Part shown: positions 51,727 to 64,000 of the stretch, one piece after another | How the letters are laid out: the number at the start of each line of letters is the position of its first letter | Position numbering within the stretch: the first letter of the stretch is position 1 | Assembly: GCF_003918875.1 (NCBI RefSeq) | Contig: NW_025767561.1 | Span: forward strand, 186,001-250,000 | Origin: Haliotis rubra | Lineage: Eukaryota | Direction of reading: 5' to 3' | DNA: 64,000 nt | Notes under the pieces: generated by a model | Seen by the model: only the letters and a program-made list of their open reading frames with translations | Told to the model about the DNA's origin: nothing | Databases searched by the model: none | Made by a program: the position numbers and the translations under genes

Positions 51727-54352
51727 GTCTATCCTTGCCACATTGCCTTCTACTCAGGGGAAATGAGGGAGTGGGATTAGTTGCACAATAGAGATACCAT
51801 GATTTAGACTGGTTTTGATTTTAAACATTGACTGACATCCTGAAATCACACAACTACTGGAACAACAGTCACTTCCGAGGGTGAGTTATTGAGGATATTT
51901 CATGTGTCTTGTGACATATGATGGATTTGTCATCAAGTGATGAGAAAATATGACATTTACATTTCATAAAATGACAGATACACCATATTTCACTATTCTA
52001 TTTATTATATATATACTTCTATTTTTTGTTTATTAGAAGTTATACAGCATTAATGCAAGAAAATTTGATCATAATCATAAATGAAATATGTAATGACTGT
52101 TGCCAATCAAGTGAAATAAAGTCTCTTGTACATAAATTGTCAGTTTTGAATGCTGCCACCATGTAAATCAAGTGTTTGGAACAGTGTTAAACTCACACCT
52201 AAATTGTGTTGGTTGTTGTGAACCTGGAAACATTTCTTGCCATCATATTAAATACAGCAGCAAGAAATGTTCTAAAGTGTTGTCACAACAACCAGGTGTG
52301 GACTCAAGTTGACAAAACACATAATCAGAGGTATATAACGTGACATGTAGTAATGAAAGAAGACAGTTGCAAATCAGCCATTCATGTCCTCTTGATGGTG
52401 ACAATGAAAGCGTTATTGATTTAAACAGTTAACAGAATTATTGTGTTTGATTTGATGTACATTTCTAGGATATTTGAAGATATGAATTTTGTCCTAACCA
52501 GCCACAATGTTGCATGGACAAATTAATCGACATAGCATGCATTTGTTCTTTTTTAAGTCCTTTCAAGTAGACAACAGTGGATGCAACAAGAGTTGGCGTC
52601 TATCAGGGGCAGTCCCACGTAATATTTTAGCGTCCATGCATGTACAGCTGCGAGGTCCCAGTGCCTTCCCTAATACAACTGGTGTGTAAAACAGATATGA
52701 CCTTGTGTCACTGGAGCAAACAATTCTTTTCAATTAACTCTCCTCTTAAATGTTATTTCAATAATTCTTTGTTATTCTCCCGAGTCACGTCATATCGGCT
52801 GATTCTCGGGAGAAAATTCATGTTCCCCAGCTGTCACGAATGTCAGATGAAAGTTTCATTTTGCAAGTACCGTCAGCGAATTCTGCCCTGCTCAGCACAC
52901 AAAGGCAGGTATCATAAATTTCCCTTGCTCGTAGAGACACATGACATTATTCCGCTTATTACAACTCCCCGAGTTTACAATAGCAGAGTGAGAGCGGTAG
53001 GATTAACACATACTGCGTATCCAACTCGGTGACTGATATCCGTTTGTTGCGGCTGAATCTCCAGAGATGCAGCTCAATTGAGGGTCATTGACAAATTAGC
53101 AAATTAACCCTAGAGAAGGGGGAATATTAATGACAACCAAGCAAGTGCGCTTCTGTGGAAATACGCAGATATGATGGTTGGTGTTGGACACAAGATTAAG
53201 GTTGTAATGTGTGCTATTTGGTTAGCTGACTGTGGGACAGTATCATTTGGATTTCATATTGTGATAGATTGAGGTAGTTATTAATCTTGGTGTATGATCA
53301 AATACCAGGAGCTGCTGGTGGCTAGTCAGGCATTCTTAGCTGATAAAGTGGATTCATATCTTTCAACACAGAGTCAAATATATCTGACACATTGTATGGT
53401 AGTATCAGTAAGACCTTATATTTATTTATTTCTCATATGGGCAACATTCAGGCATTATTTGATGTGATAACTGCAAAAGTTGATTCACTGATAGACACTT
53501 GTGCATTTTATCATCCTAACTTTGCTTCCACAGGAGATATAGGAGGATGAGCTGAAGCAATATGTCCTAGTAGATCTTACTGAAATAAAATTGAATGTCA
53601 ATGCTTTACAGATCATTGTGATATCATCAGTCACAAATCACTACTCTTTCAGCACAAGGTACTAGTTGTTATGGTTTTTAAACAGAAAAAGTTAGATGCT
53701 CATTGTTGTAACTTCAAAGGTAAAATATATCAAGGCTGAAATATTTGTAAGCTGTATGTAAGAATCTTGATGGATTTTCTCCAAGACAAGAGAATTCTCA
53801 AGATGAGAATCACTGTTGGTTTTTCTAAGGACATTGTCTTTGAAGGAACTGTCTTTCTGAATCAGAACATTAGTGATATAATATATGGCATTACATTAAT
53901 TGTAGTACTACTAATAATAGTCCCTGGCTTGCTCCAGTTGCCAAAGGTCACCAATAGCTTGCATGTTGTGTCAACCCTGGATTATTTACAGTTGGAATAT
54001 TGTTGAGTAGCATAATGTTGTCAGTCCTAATACAATTCCTAATAGTGTTGTGAGTTGTTTAATACAAGTAGAGTAGTTTTGTAAGTCAGTATGTCCCTCA
54101 ACCCTCGTGTAATACAAACAGAATAGTCTTCTCATCAGATAAATGCAGTAGTTCTGTTCTAATGGTCATCCTAAATGCACAATAAGAATGGTCTTGTCAA
54201 CCATTGTAATACAACAAAAGTGTTGTCTTGTCAACCATGTAATGCTATAAGTAAAGCTGCTGTCAACCAGCATAATCCAAACAGAAAAAATTGTCTCAGT
54301 AATACCATACAGAAGTGAATTTCTAACCTACGTCTTCTGTAACAAATTTCAG

Positions 54353-55550
54353 TGCTACATCTCACTGTATCAAGTCCCTCCTTTGCTTTCCCACCCCATC
54401 AGTACCCAATGTTACTCAGATCTAGGGTCCCTCCTGCCTTCCCCACCTATCCTGTACTGCAATGCTACATCTCTGTATCAAGTGTGCCTTCCTAATTCCA
54501 TCCTGTACTCCAATGCTATGATCTCACTGTATCAAGTGTCTCCTGCCTTCCCATCCCATCTCTGTACTCCAGTGCTAAGATCTCACTGGTCAAGTTCACT
54601 GTATCAAGGGTCCCCTCCTTGCCTTCCCTATCCCATCCTGTACTCCAATGCTACATCTCACTGTATCAAGTGTCCCCCCCTCCTTGCCTTCCCTGTCCCA
54701 TCCTGTCCTGTACTCAATGCTACATCTCACTGTATCAAGTGTCCCTCCTTGCCTTCCCCATCCCATCCTGTACTCCAATGCTACATCTCACTGTATCAAG
54801 TGTCCCCTCCTTGCCTTCCCCACCCCATCCTGTACTCCAATGCTACATCTCACTGTATCAAGTGTCCCCTCCTTGCCTTCCCTATCCCATCCTGTACTCC
54901 AATGCTACATCTCACTGTATCAAGTGTCCCCTCCTTGCCTTCCCTATCCCATCCTGTACTCCAATGCTACATCTCACTGTATCAAGTGTCCCCTCCTTGC
55001 CTTCCCCACCCCATCCTGTACTCCAATGCTACATCTCACTGTATCAAGTGTCCCCCTCCTTGCCTTCCCCACCCCATCCTGTACTCCAATGCTACATCTC
55101 ACTGTATCAAGTGTCCCCTCCTTGCCTTCCCTATCCCATCCTGTACTCCAATGCTACATCTCACTGGGTCCCCAAGTGCCTTCCCCACCCCATCCTGTGC
55201 CAGTGCTTCATCTCACTGTATCAAGTGTCCCTCCTTGCCTTCCCCACCCCATCCTGTACTCAATGCATCTCACTGTATCAAGTGTCCCTCCTTGCCTTCC
55301 CCACCCCATCCTGTACTCCAATGCTACATCTCACTGTATCAAGTGTCCCCTCCTTGCCTTCCCCATCCCATCCTGTACTCCAATGCTACATCTCACTGTA
55401 TCAAGTGTCCCCCCATGCCTTCCCTATCCCATCCTGTACTCCAATGCTACATCTCACTGTATCAAGTGTCCCCCTCCTTGCCTTCCCTATCCCATCCTGT
55501 ACTCCAATGCTACATCTCACTGTATCAAGTGTCCCCCTCCTTGCCTCCCC
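54353..55550. repeat. C-rich minisatellite, about 62-bp unit, degenerate 5' copies
   Basis: CCAATGCTACATCTCACTGTATCAAGTGTCCCCTCCTTGCCTTCCC(C/T)A(C/T)CCCATCCTGTACT. Confidence 0.95.
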
Positions 55551-58500
55551 AAGAAATTCACTTTAAACAGTGCCCAGCTGGCTGCGTCACAGCTGTCTTG
55601 TGTTTGGGGATATTAGCCACAGGAAATTACTTATTTCCTCTCTGATTTGTGTTCTTGTAAAATTGCAAGAGTCTGTGTTGTAAGGCAGAAGAGAGCAGAG
55701 CGGAACGCATGTCTCATAGAAGACAGATCCTGGGTGCTTCCTCACTTGGACTGTTTCATCTACAGCTGGGGCTCGGGATAGGCAACTCCATTCGTCTTTG
55801 CTCTGTCAAGGTTGATGAACAGCAAAATTTGTTTAATAAGAAGAGAATGTTATCATTCAGGCATTAACTTTCATTGTAACTATGGAATACTTGTTTGTGT
55901 GTGATGTTAATATTGGGGGATATTATTTAAAATCCAATGCCTTCAATTAACAAAAGAATACTTTATATGATAACTTGGTCATCATAGGTTGTCTCAAGTA
56001 AGTGAAAGGATATGTTCTGAAATTTGAACTGACTGTCTTCTTGGCACCACCTATACTGTAATGAATGACTGTTTCTAACTGGGTAGAAACCAACAAGGAG
56101 AATCTATTTGATGGATGCTATATGTGAACAATTTGCAGAGTTAGAGAGTACTTGTCTGGCTGTGTAAAGGAATGCAGATGGTCCCTAATGGCCCCCTCTT
56201 GTGACCCCCAAACCAGAGTGGCCATGTGATACTGCACCTCCAGACTGAGGAGGCTCCCCACCAGTGCCAACATAGCCCCGTGGTGGAATCAGCATTCTCA
56301 CAATGGTCTTCAGGACCTCTTTGGAAATTCTTGTTTATTTAAAAGGAGTTGAGTGTTAATTTCTTGTAGTGACATAACTCTGACTTTTCTTAATGTTTTT
56401 AAGGAATATTTGATGAATGCGACGGGTTTATATTGTATCATGAGTTGATCTTGAAAATTAGTAAATGACTTTAAGTACTGTTTTCTCTTTGAGAGTTTCA
56501 TTCCAGGTTTTGAATCATTATAAAAAACCCGGAAAAAAACCAACAACCCAGAACATATAAACAAATTCTTACTGTGAATTGAAGGAACAACAGCATGTAT
56601 TAATGTGTATCAGATTTGAGAAATGCTTGAAATTACAAATAGAAACAAGTTTCCATTTATTAACGTTTGTTAAAATCCTATTGGGATGTATCATGAATTT
56701 AGTGGGCGTTGACAATGAAACAGTCCTGACAGGAATGGTTCCTGCTGTGCTTGGGTCCAGTGAGGTCATCTGAATGTCTTGCAAAGCAGTGATGTGACCT
56801 CTATGTCCCAGCAAGTGGACAACTTCTCCAGGAGGTAGTAGGCCCTTGGTAACCCTGTTAGCGTGTATAGCCAGCGGAGTTGACAGTCGCCTCCTCAACT
56901 TGCCAGTAATACCATTGAGCAAAATCAATAACACATCTTCACATAAACTGGCATGGGACATGGATGGAACGCTTCTCGATAAAATTTTAGAAATTTTCAA
57001 TAATTGTCAAATTTCATGTTTTAAAAAATTAAATTACATTAGATGTCAGATATTTGATATCTGTCAAATTTCAGGGTAAGAAAAAAGTAAAGTAAGTTTT
57101 TACAATAAGTGGCTGGGTAGTGCTACATAGCGTGTTTGGCCCCCTTCATTAAGCACCTCGTGGAGAAAGCGTCCCATCTGTCCCCTCGTCATGGGATCAA
57201 TAACAGCCAGGACATCACGACTAATTACACTTTCCGCTGTTGACATAGGACAGCCCGCCTTTGGAACAGCCCATGCAGCCTGCCAGTTCTCCAGAGAAAT
57301 CGGCCACTTTCCATGGGCGTATCAAATCCGTAACTGAAAAGACGGACAATAACAATTTTATAGGATTTTGTGGCACCTCGACACTGAGGACAGAGTCATG
57401 GATATGCCTGTCAATACCGAGTGTGTCCCGGTGTCGTATTGATTCGGACGTCGTGTAATCACGCGGGAATCCGGGTGGCGTGATAAGACGCGCTTCTGCG
57501 CCTGTGCCCACAAGTTTCGATTGCATCGCAATTTAATCAAACTGCCTGCCGATTTTCTTTCGCAGATGATTTATTTCTTTTGATGTGAGTCAACAATGGT
57601 TTTTGTGTGGAATAATGAAAAATAACAGCGAGACGTTAACTTAATTCATAAGCAGTTCTTGTCCCACTGGTTGGTCCTGTTTGAGAATTCCAGCACTCTC
57701 TCAACAGATAGCTGTAACTCTCTTACAAGTGGCAGTGCCACCTTGTGGACACTCAGCAGTGTTGGACAGACAGTTGTAGTCCATGTCTTACTAAAAGAAG
57801 CAGAATTAACTACATGTGCCTTCACTGACAGCTGGCTCCACTTGGGCAAGCAGGGGAGATCATCCATGACAGCTGCTTCAGTAACAAACATATACACTTA
57901 GCTGTACTTTGGTCAGTTAATGGTATCTGTCACATGGTTCATAGTGACTGTCATGTCCTTATAAGTCGTACAAAAACACAAACTGAATAATTGTTCTAGT
58001 GGAGTTACTATTTATAGTTCATGTTATCTCATGTTCTTCACATGTACGACATGGTACATATGTATAATAGAAACAATCCATTATTTTGCTCAAAATACAC
58101 CATGCACACAATTCTAAGATGATTTATACGTAAGCATTAGATCTTGAATTAGGGTACTGAATGATAAAATAATCAAAATTGATTAAGTTACATTTCTTTT
58201 GAATCAGATTTATCAAATTTCACTCATGAAGTTCCTGAAGTGAGAATACTTTATTTTGGTTAATGTACAAATTTGTTACTTGTTAGCATATATTAGCAAG
58301 TGATGATGTCTTTGTTGATTATATAAGTTATTTGTTGTCACAGTAGGCCCTCCTCACATACACATATCTTGATATTCACATTTTCAATGCAACATATCCT
58401 GATGATTATTTCAACATTTTTAGTACGACTTTATCTGGCAAACACAAGTTGATTAGTTTAGACTTGTTCTGATGTCTTTTTTTAAACAAAAATAGATCAT

Positions 58501-61500
58501 GAGTCAGTCATTGAGTTGGCTTCTCACATACTGCATGGTAAGGTGATGTCACTTCCAATAGACTATAGGATTGAGCTATGTAATTATGCTGAGTTGAAAG
58601 AACTTATTGAAGGTATATTGTCCTGCACATGTATCAAAAGCAATGGAACAACAGAAATTCTATCAGATGGATGGAAAATATAACAGAAAAAATATAGATA
58701 AAGACAGTCCCTTTCCCTGTCATTCTATCATCACAACTTATCCCACTGTTCCAAAACATATTTTTTTATTACAGAATGTAATATAACTTTCATTAATGTT
58801 CATTAAAAAGGGAGGGCTTTTGGTTCAAGTGACAGAAATCACGTACTTAACGATGGTCCTTGGAAGTTGTCAAGATGTCGTTGAGGGGAATTTAATTTAC
58901 TTTGAAAGAGAGAAATATCAAAGAGGGGTGTCATTTAGGACAGTCACAGGACTAATACCAGAAACAGCTCATGGTTTTTTTATTGTGTGTCTTAGCAGAT
59001 TAAATCAACAGTCATGAATCTGGTCAGAGCATAACAGCATGTTTCATGTATTTTAAACAGTAACAATCATGTGAAATTGCTGGGCAACAAAATGGCCAAC
59101 AATCATGTGGAATTGTTGGTCGTATGGTTTGAGGACATGAGACAAGCTTGTCCTGGCATCGTTGGGATCAAAGAACCAGCAGTGTGCACCACTTAAGTGT
59201 TTATCATCTTCAGTCCCGGCCAGAGTCCTGATTGTGTTTTGTGATTATTTAATTACGGGAATCCGGCGAAGGATTTGACTAATTTAGCGGAGCACATGGC
59301 CGTGCAGGACAATTATTACAAGCGGTAGTGTTCAACCATCCATGGGTAGGATATTGATTACTGCCGACTGGTGTCGCACAAAATCATTGCAAATCTTGTT
59401 GCTGAAGCCTCAAAATGTCTCGTTGTGCAATGCATTAGCTTGACCAATCAGCTGTGGGCAAAGGGTCACATGTCGTCATTTGTCATTTATGTCTTGATTA
59501 GACAGCGCTATGTTGGTTACAGAAAGTGATTTTAGGCTTTTTACCAGCACAACGTAATTATATTGAACCCAAAGAAACACAGTTGAAAAGATTTTGAAAT
59601 TGATAGATTTTTTCATCTCTGCTTGTCATACAGGCAGTAACACACTTTGCCAGTAGCAGTAAGGATTTTATTGAATTATGATAGTTTGTAATCATATTCA
59701 GGGGCTTCTGTCAGTTTATTCCTTGCCCACAGCTATGTGAAATTTGAAAAAAGTGTTTTATTGTCTATTAATTTTAATTATGTTCATGAAAGTGATGCTG
59801 ATCATTTTCCAATTTAGGTATGTGGCTGGACGCTGTCGCAGAGCCTATTAGGTTGCAATTCTGATTATGACAGTGTTATGAGGAGGATAATTAATGACGC
59901 GATGCTATCAGCGCTGTAGTGATTAATGGGAGCCAGAGTGGAGAGGACATGTTTTATCACATCCACTTGACTCTCAGTCCTCTACTGAGGGAATAAATCA
60001 CACACAGCCATTTTGTCCCATATCTTTTTCACTCCAGACCTTTCCTGGAATGAATGACTTCAACTTGTGAATCCTGTTGCACATGTCATATGTTGATTGC
60101 AAAATGAATAGTCATTTCTTGTGAGAAATTGTCACTTGTCATATTTTCGTTAGCTGGCTTACAGTGCTTCAGTTCAAAAAAATGTTGACAACACTGATAA
60201 TCCTCAACACTTGAACATGGTCACTATATGTGATGTCATTTTTACCAGGATTGTTTGCATTTATTTTAAGGGATTCATTTCCATATGACACATAAGACTT
60301 TGAAACGTCATGACTTGATGAAGACTCTTAATATCCAACATTCCTGACCTGATGATATATGTTTCGAAAAATGTAAACCTTATTTTCACCTTTACCTTAT
60401 TTCAGATGTTTATCATTTTGAATACTATGTGTAATAGTCAGTCCAAGCAAATATTTAAAAAGTATACTACCTAATGATTTCTAACATTCAGTACATTTAT
60501 CGTACAGTTTCCTGGTATAAAGGTTTCAGACAAGTCCTTGGCAGACATTTATAGCAAAGACGTAGATTTGATTTTGTAATTGAATGTTACACATCCGACA
60601 CTGATTGCATGTCTGGAGTCAGAGAAAAGTCATAACCTGGGTACATTCATTTATTTTTTCATTCTAAATTGCAACGAGTCTTGATAGTTGGGGAGGGTGA
60701 TCCATGAGACTTGTCACAATCATTGTCAGTTCTCTGGCTGCTATTGTTGCAGCATCACCTTCACAACGCAAGACAGACTCCAAACACGACTTCATCTTGC
60801 CAAAGTTACGCTTGGAGGTGAAGGTGCTGCCATCTTGAAATCGCTCATGATTTGGAAAACATGATGATGCCATATGAACCCTAATCCAATCACTGTACAA
60901 ATCCTGGTGCTGCTGTTTAGTGGGATTAGTACCTGTTAGGTGATCAATGATTGGGTCAGTGGTTCGAGAATTCTTCCACATTTCAGTGGACTTCCTCAAG
61001 TGTCAGTTATCTGTCATGGAGCACAAGTGTTTTTAAAACTGTGATTTTAGAAAGGTTACAAAAGATATGAATAGAATTTTATTAGGTGTCTTTTAAATAT
61101 CAATATTAGTAGAATTTTGAAGTACTGTTGTTAGAACTTGAGTTTTATCTGTATTAGAGTCCAAATCAGCTTATGTCTCCAAACCACCAACATTGTTTGA
61201 TGTGCATATACAATATTTATACAGAAATTGAAGATTGCAGGTGTTGGATAAAATATATGGATGCAGAATGTTCAGTGTTGAAACTGACCTATTTTGAGAG
61301 GTTTTCATACGTGGACACTGTTTAATCTTCCAATATTCCAACTATGATCAGGTAGTAATCTGATTGTTTCGTGGACCAAATATTTTCTTTCTAATTTATG
61401 TTACCCAATGAAATTGCAAACAGTTGGCAGATTATTTATGAGTAAAACTACAAAGAAGACTTGTGTGGCTTTAATTTTTGTTAAATTTGATCATGTCTAG

Positions 61501-62641
61501 ATTAAAGATACCATGAGTGATCCCAGACATACAGTTCTCCATGGTACCAATTGCCTATGCATTGTAAAGCAGTGTTACCATGTCTGTGTTGCCCAATCAC
61601 AGTGTTTTTGTGTTGATGTCAATCAATGGACTGACACAATGAAGGTGACACAATACAAGCACTGTTGTTGAAAAAAACAATGCCTATAAATTGTCACAAT
61701 TTGTAGTCTACACATTAGGTAGATAAACAGGTATAAAATAGTGCTGACATTTATTTGTGTGCTGTGCAATTTGTTCCCTTACTTTGTGGGACATGTGAGA
61801 ATGTCCTGAAGCTAATCTGCTTATTTAATCTACATCTTTTCCAATTTTACACTAAGAAAAATGCATTATGGTCCCTTTAGAAATGTCCAAGTTTGAAATA
61901 TAAAATGTACATTTCTATGGAGTACGTTATCAACAATATATATAATGTATCTTTATAATCTTTGTAAGTTTGTAAATGTAAGTTAAAAAAATGTTAAATG
62001 AAAGAGAACAAATTGCTCTCTGATTACATTGTATTGATTTGTTTCGGAATATCAATACATTCTTGATAAATGGTTCGCTTTCTCAAGGTATTGGAAAAGA
62101 TCTGTCAGTTAAAGTTGTTTATGGTTTGTTTCCACCTTTAACATTTCTGTACAATTCTCATGTAGGAATAAAATCTGAAATTTAGCTACTGAATGAGGAA
62201 AATATCTAAATTTATGAAGTAGAACTGTTTCCAACAGATTTATCAAATTACCATAAAAAAGTTCCTGATCTGGTGACTTAGTTCTTAGGTCTTTCAGTAA
62301 ATCTTCAAATGAAATCATTATGCATCTTACTATGTGTTATGCATGATTTGATTTAACATCATTAAAGTCCATATTGATCAGTATTTATGATATACATTAC
62401 TAGTTATCACAGTAAGCTTTGCGCATGTCAGTACAGGTCATAACTGCACCATCATGTAGTGTATCACAGTACTTAGTTGGCATGCTTTACATGGTCCAAA
62501 ACTAATGTGACCACTCTTGAGCTTGGTTCCAATTATTTGATGTGACTGGCACTGAAGGAGATTCTGTCTGTGGGTAGAACAGTACCACTAATACAGTTGG
62601 TTCCCTCTTTATCCATGACTGACATTAGCTGTTTTGTTCAG

Positions 62642-62723
62642 GTGAAGAGTTTGGAGACTAAGGAGCAGAGCAGCGAAGAAATCCATCGCCAGACCATCAC
62701 CGACACACAGAGAGAAAAGCATG
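62642..62723 (+). CDS. CNTLN: Centlein coding exon (VKSLETKEQSSEEIHRQTITDTQREKH) after a 29.9-kb intron
   Basis: gttttgttcag|GTG...CATG|GTGGGT. Phase 0 is compatible with the exon ending at 32763; charged coiled-coil sequence. The gene continues beyond the window. Confidence 0.8.
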
Positions 62724-63150
62724 GTGGGTATTCGCAAACGATACAGTTACAGATTTTTTACTACAGTCCCTTCAGACCAGGGCCAGCTTGCGTAATGTGA
62801 TCCTATGACTGGTAGCCCCACTACTCTTACAGACTTACAGCTGCGGTCCCCCAAAAGCCACCCTTTCGCTGCAGTGTACATTATGACTCAGAATGGACAT
62901 TGTGATAACAATATTTTAAAGTTTTGGGGTACATACTTTTGTAGATAAATATACCAGTATGTTCCTGCTGACACTGGACACAGCCATCTTATTGGAAATG
63001 TCATGTGAAGCATACAACCAAGGCCTAGCCACTACCTTGTTTACTTTTCAACATTCTTAGATCTTGTTTTAGGAAGGGCCAGGGAAAGATTTTTTCTGAA
63101 ATAACCTTTTTCAAATGGTTTGATCAGCATTCTAGAAGTTGGTGAGTCAA

Positions 63151-63321
63151 TAATATAGCATACAACTTTATGGATAACAACTTCTTGTCTATTGCACAGA
63201 GCAATGTGTCGGTTGTAATGCAAAACACTTTTAACTTGAAAACGGTGTAAGAATCTACACTGAAACATTGCTCTGTGCAATAAACAAGAAGTTGTTATCC
63301 ATAAAGTTGTATACTTTATTA
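63151..63321. mobile_element. Palindromic MITE / long inverted repeat
   Basis: Arms of about 58 bp (ATACAACTTTATGGATAACAACTTCTTGTCTATTGCACAGAGCAATGT and its near-perfect reverse complement) around a spacer of about 55 bp. Confidence 0.8.
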
Positions 63322-63502
63322 TAGCCTCTTTCAGCCCACTTTCTATTTTAGAAAGGGATTTAACTTGAGTTTTAATGATTTGATTTTGAGGAAACTATGA
63401 TCATGCTCATGAGTCTTCTGGGTGACCTCTTCATAAGGTCACAGTGATTAACAATCACATGAAACAATGCCCAAATTTCAGGAAGCATTAAAGCAGTTCC
63501 AG

Positions 63503-63669
63503 GGGCGGTAGAGTAGCCTAGTGGTCAAAGCGTTAGCTTGTCACGCCAAAGATCCGGGTTCGATTTCCCACATGGGTACAATGTGTGAAGCCCATTTCTG
63601 GTGTCACTCACCGTGATATTGCTGAAATATTGCTAAAAGTAGCATAAAACTAAACTCACTCACTCACTC
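63503..63669 (+). mobile_element. tRNA-derived SINE, same family as 29497-29664
   Basis: A and B boxes, GTGTGAAGCCCATTTCTGGTGTC, (ACTC)n tail, degenerate TSD AAAGCAGTTCCAG / AAAGCATTTTCCAG. Confidence 0.9.
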
Positions 63670-63948
63670 AAAGCATTTTCCAGTGATAAACCGTGAATGA
63701 CTAGACTGTGAGTGTGGTGTCAAATGCCTAGATCACTTTGAAGGTCTTTCACCCATGAAATGACTTGTGTAAAGTTTAATTCAGAAGGTATTGTCAGCTT
63801 GGTAGGGAGCTTCATATTTGTAACTAATACTTCACATATGATTGGCAGAGATTGAAGGTCAGTGTAAAATAGTAGTGCCAAAAAAGCTTGTGTACGTAAT
63901 ATCTTCATGCATATTTAGGATTCAGTCCATGTGTCCATGGTGAAGTCT

Positions 63949-64000
63949 ACATTGTGTGAAGCCCATTTCTGGTGTCCCCAGCAGTGATATTGCTGGAATA
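63949..64000 (+). mobile_element. 5'-truncated SINE of the same family, runs off the window
   Basis: ACATTGTGTGAAGCCCATTTCTGGTGTCCCC...GATATTGCTGGAATA. Confidence 0.8.

Noticed and set aside
22739-55645. Other long periodic ORFs (321, 250, 248, 173, 390, 420, 322 aa)
   Set aside because: All coincide with tandem repeats inside CNTLN introns.
56569-57000. 143-aa minus-strand ORF with a WD40-like LLGHRGHITAL stretch
   Set aside because: Single short resemblance, no repeat structure or supporting exon boundaries.
57221-57540. Nested protein-coding gene in the CpG-rich island
   Set aside because: The ORFs show no recognisable domain; GC content explains the open frames.
60664-60999. 111-aa ORF as a hAT or THAP transposase fragment
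   Set aside because: Resemblance too weak to call by eye; an HMM search would be needed.

Overview
Eukaryotic animal genomic DNA: AT-rich, CpG-depleted, with spliceosomal introns, SINEs and minisatellites. The SINE families suggest a mollusc such as a gastropod/abalone (inference). Two spliced genes missed by the ORF track sit head-to-head around a roughly 200-bp bidirectional promoter at about 13.2-13.4 kb. On the minus strand is a basonuclin (BNC1/BNC2/disco family) gene: exon MAA at 13193-13201 and exon AIRCTHPNCLCECFSPGK...CKHGWVSH at 2442-2545, which carries a 1-nt frameshift in a G5 run. On the plus strand is centlein (CNTLN), with six phase-compatible coding exons from 16377 to 62723. 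This is the same gene pair and orientation as vertebrate BNC2-CNTLN, and the introns contain several CpG-retaining, homeobox/TALE-motif-rich islands that look like enhancers of a genomic regulatory block. The 29.9-kb CNTLN intron holds a structurally complete but inactivated DIRS1-type tyrosine-recombinase retrotransposon (41174-50125; ITRs, ICR, gag, RT-RNaseH-MT, YR) with a 3.07-kb internal tandem duplication. It is nested in the RT of an older DIRS whose recombinase 3' end appears amplified into a 45-bp minisatellite. Also present: three more decayed DIRS remnants, a Tc1 element, several MITEs (one filled with TTAGGG repeats), tRNA-head and Nin-type SINEs, and about ten minisatellites that explain most long ORFs in the track.
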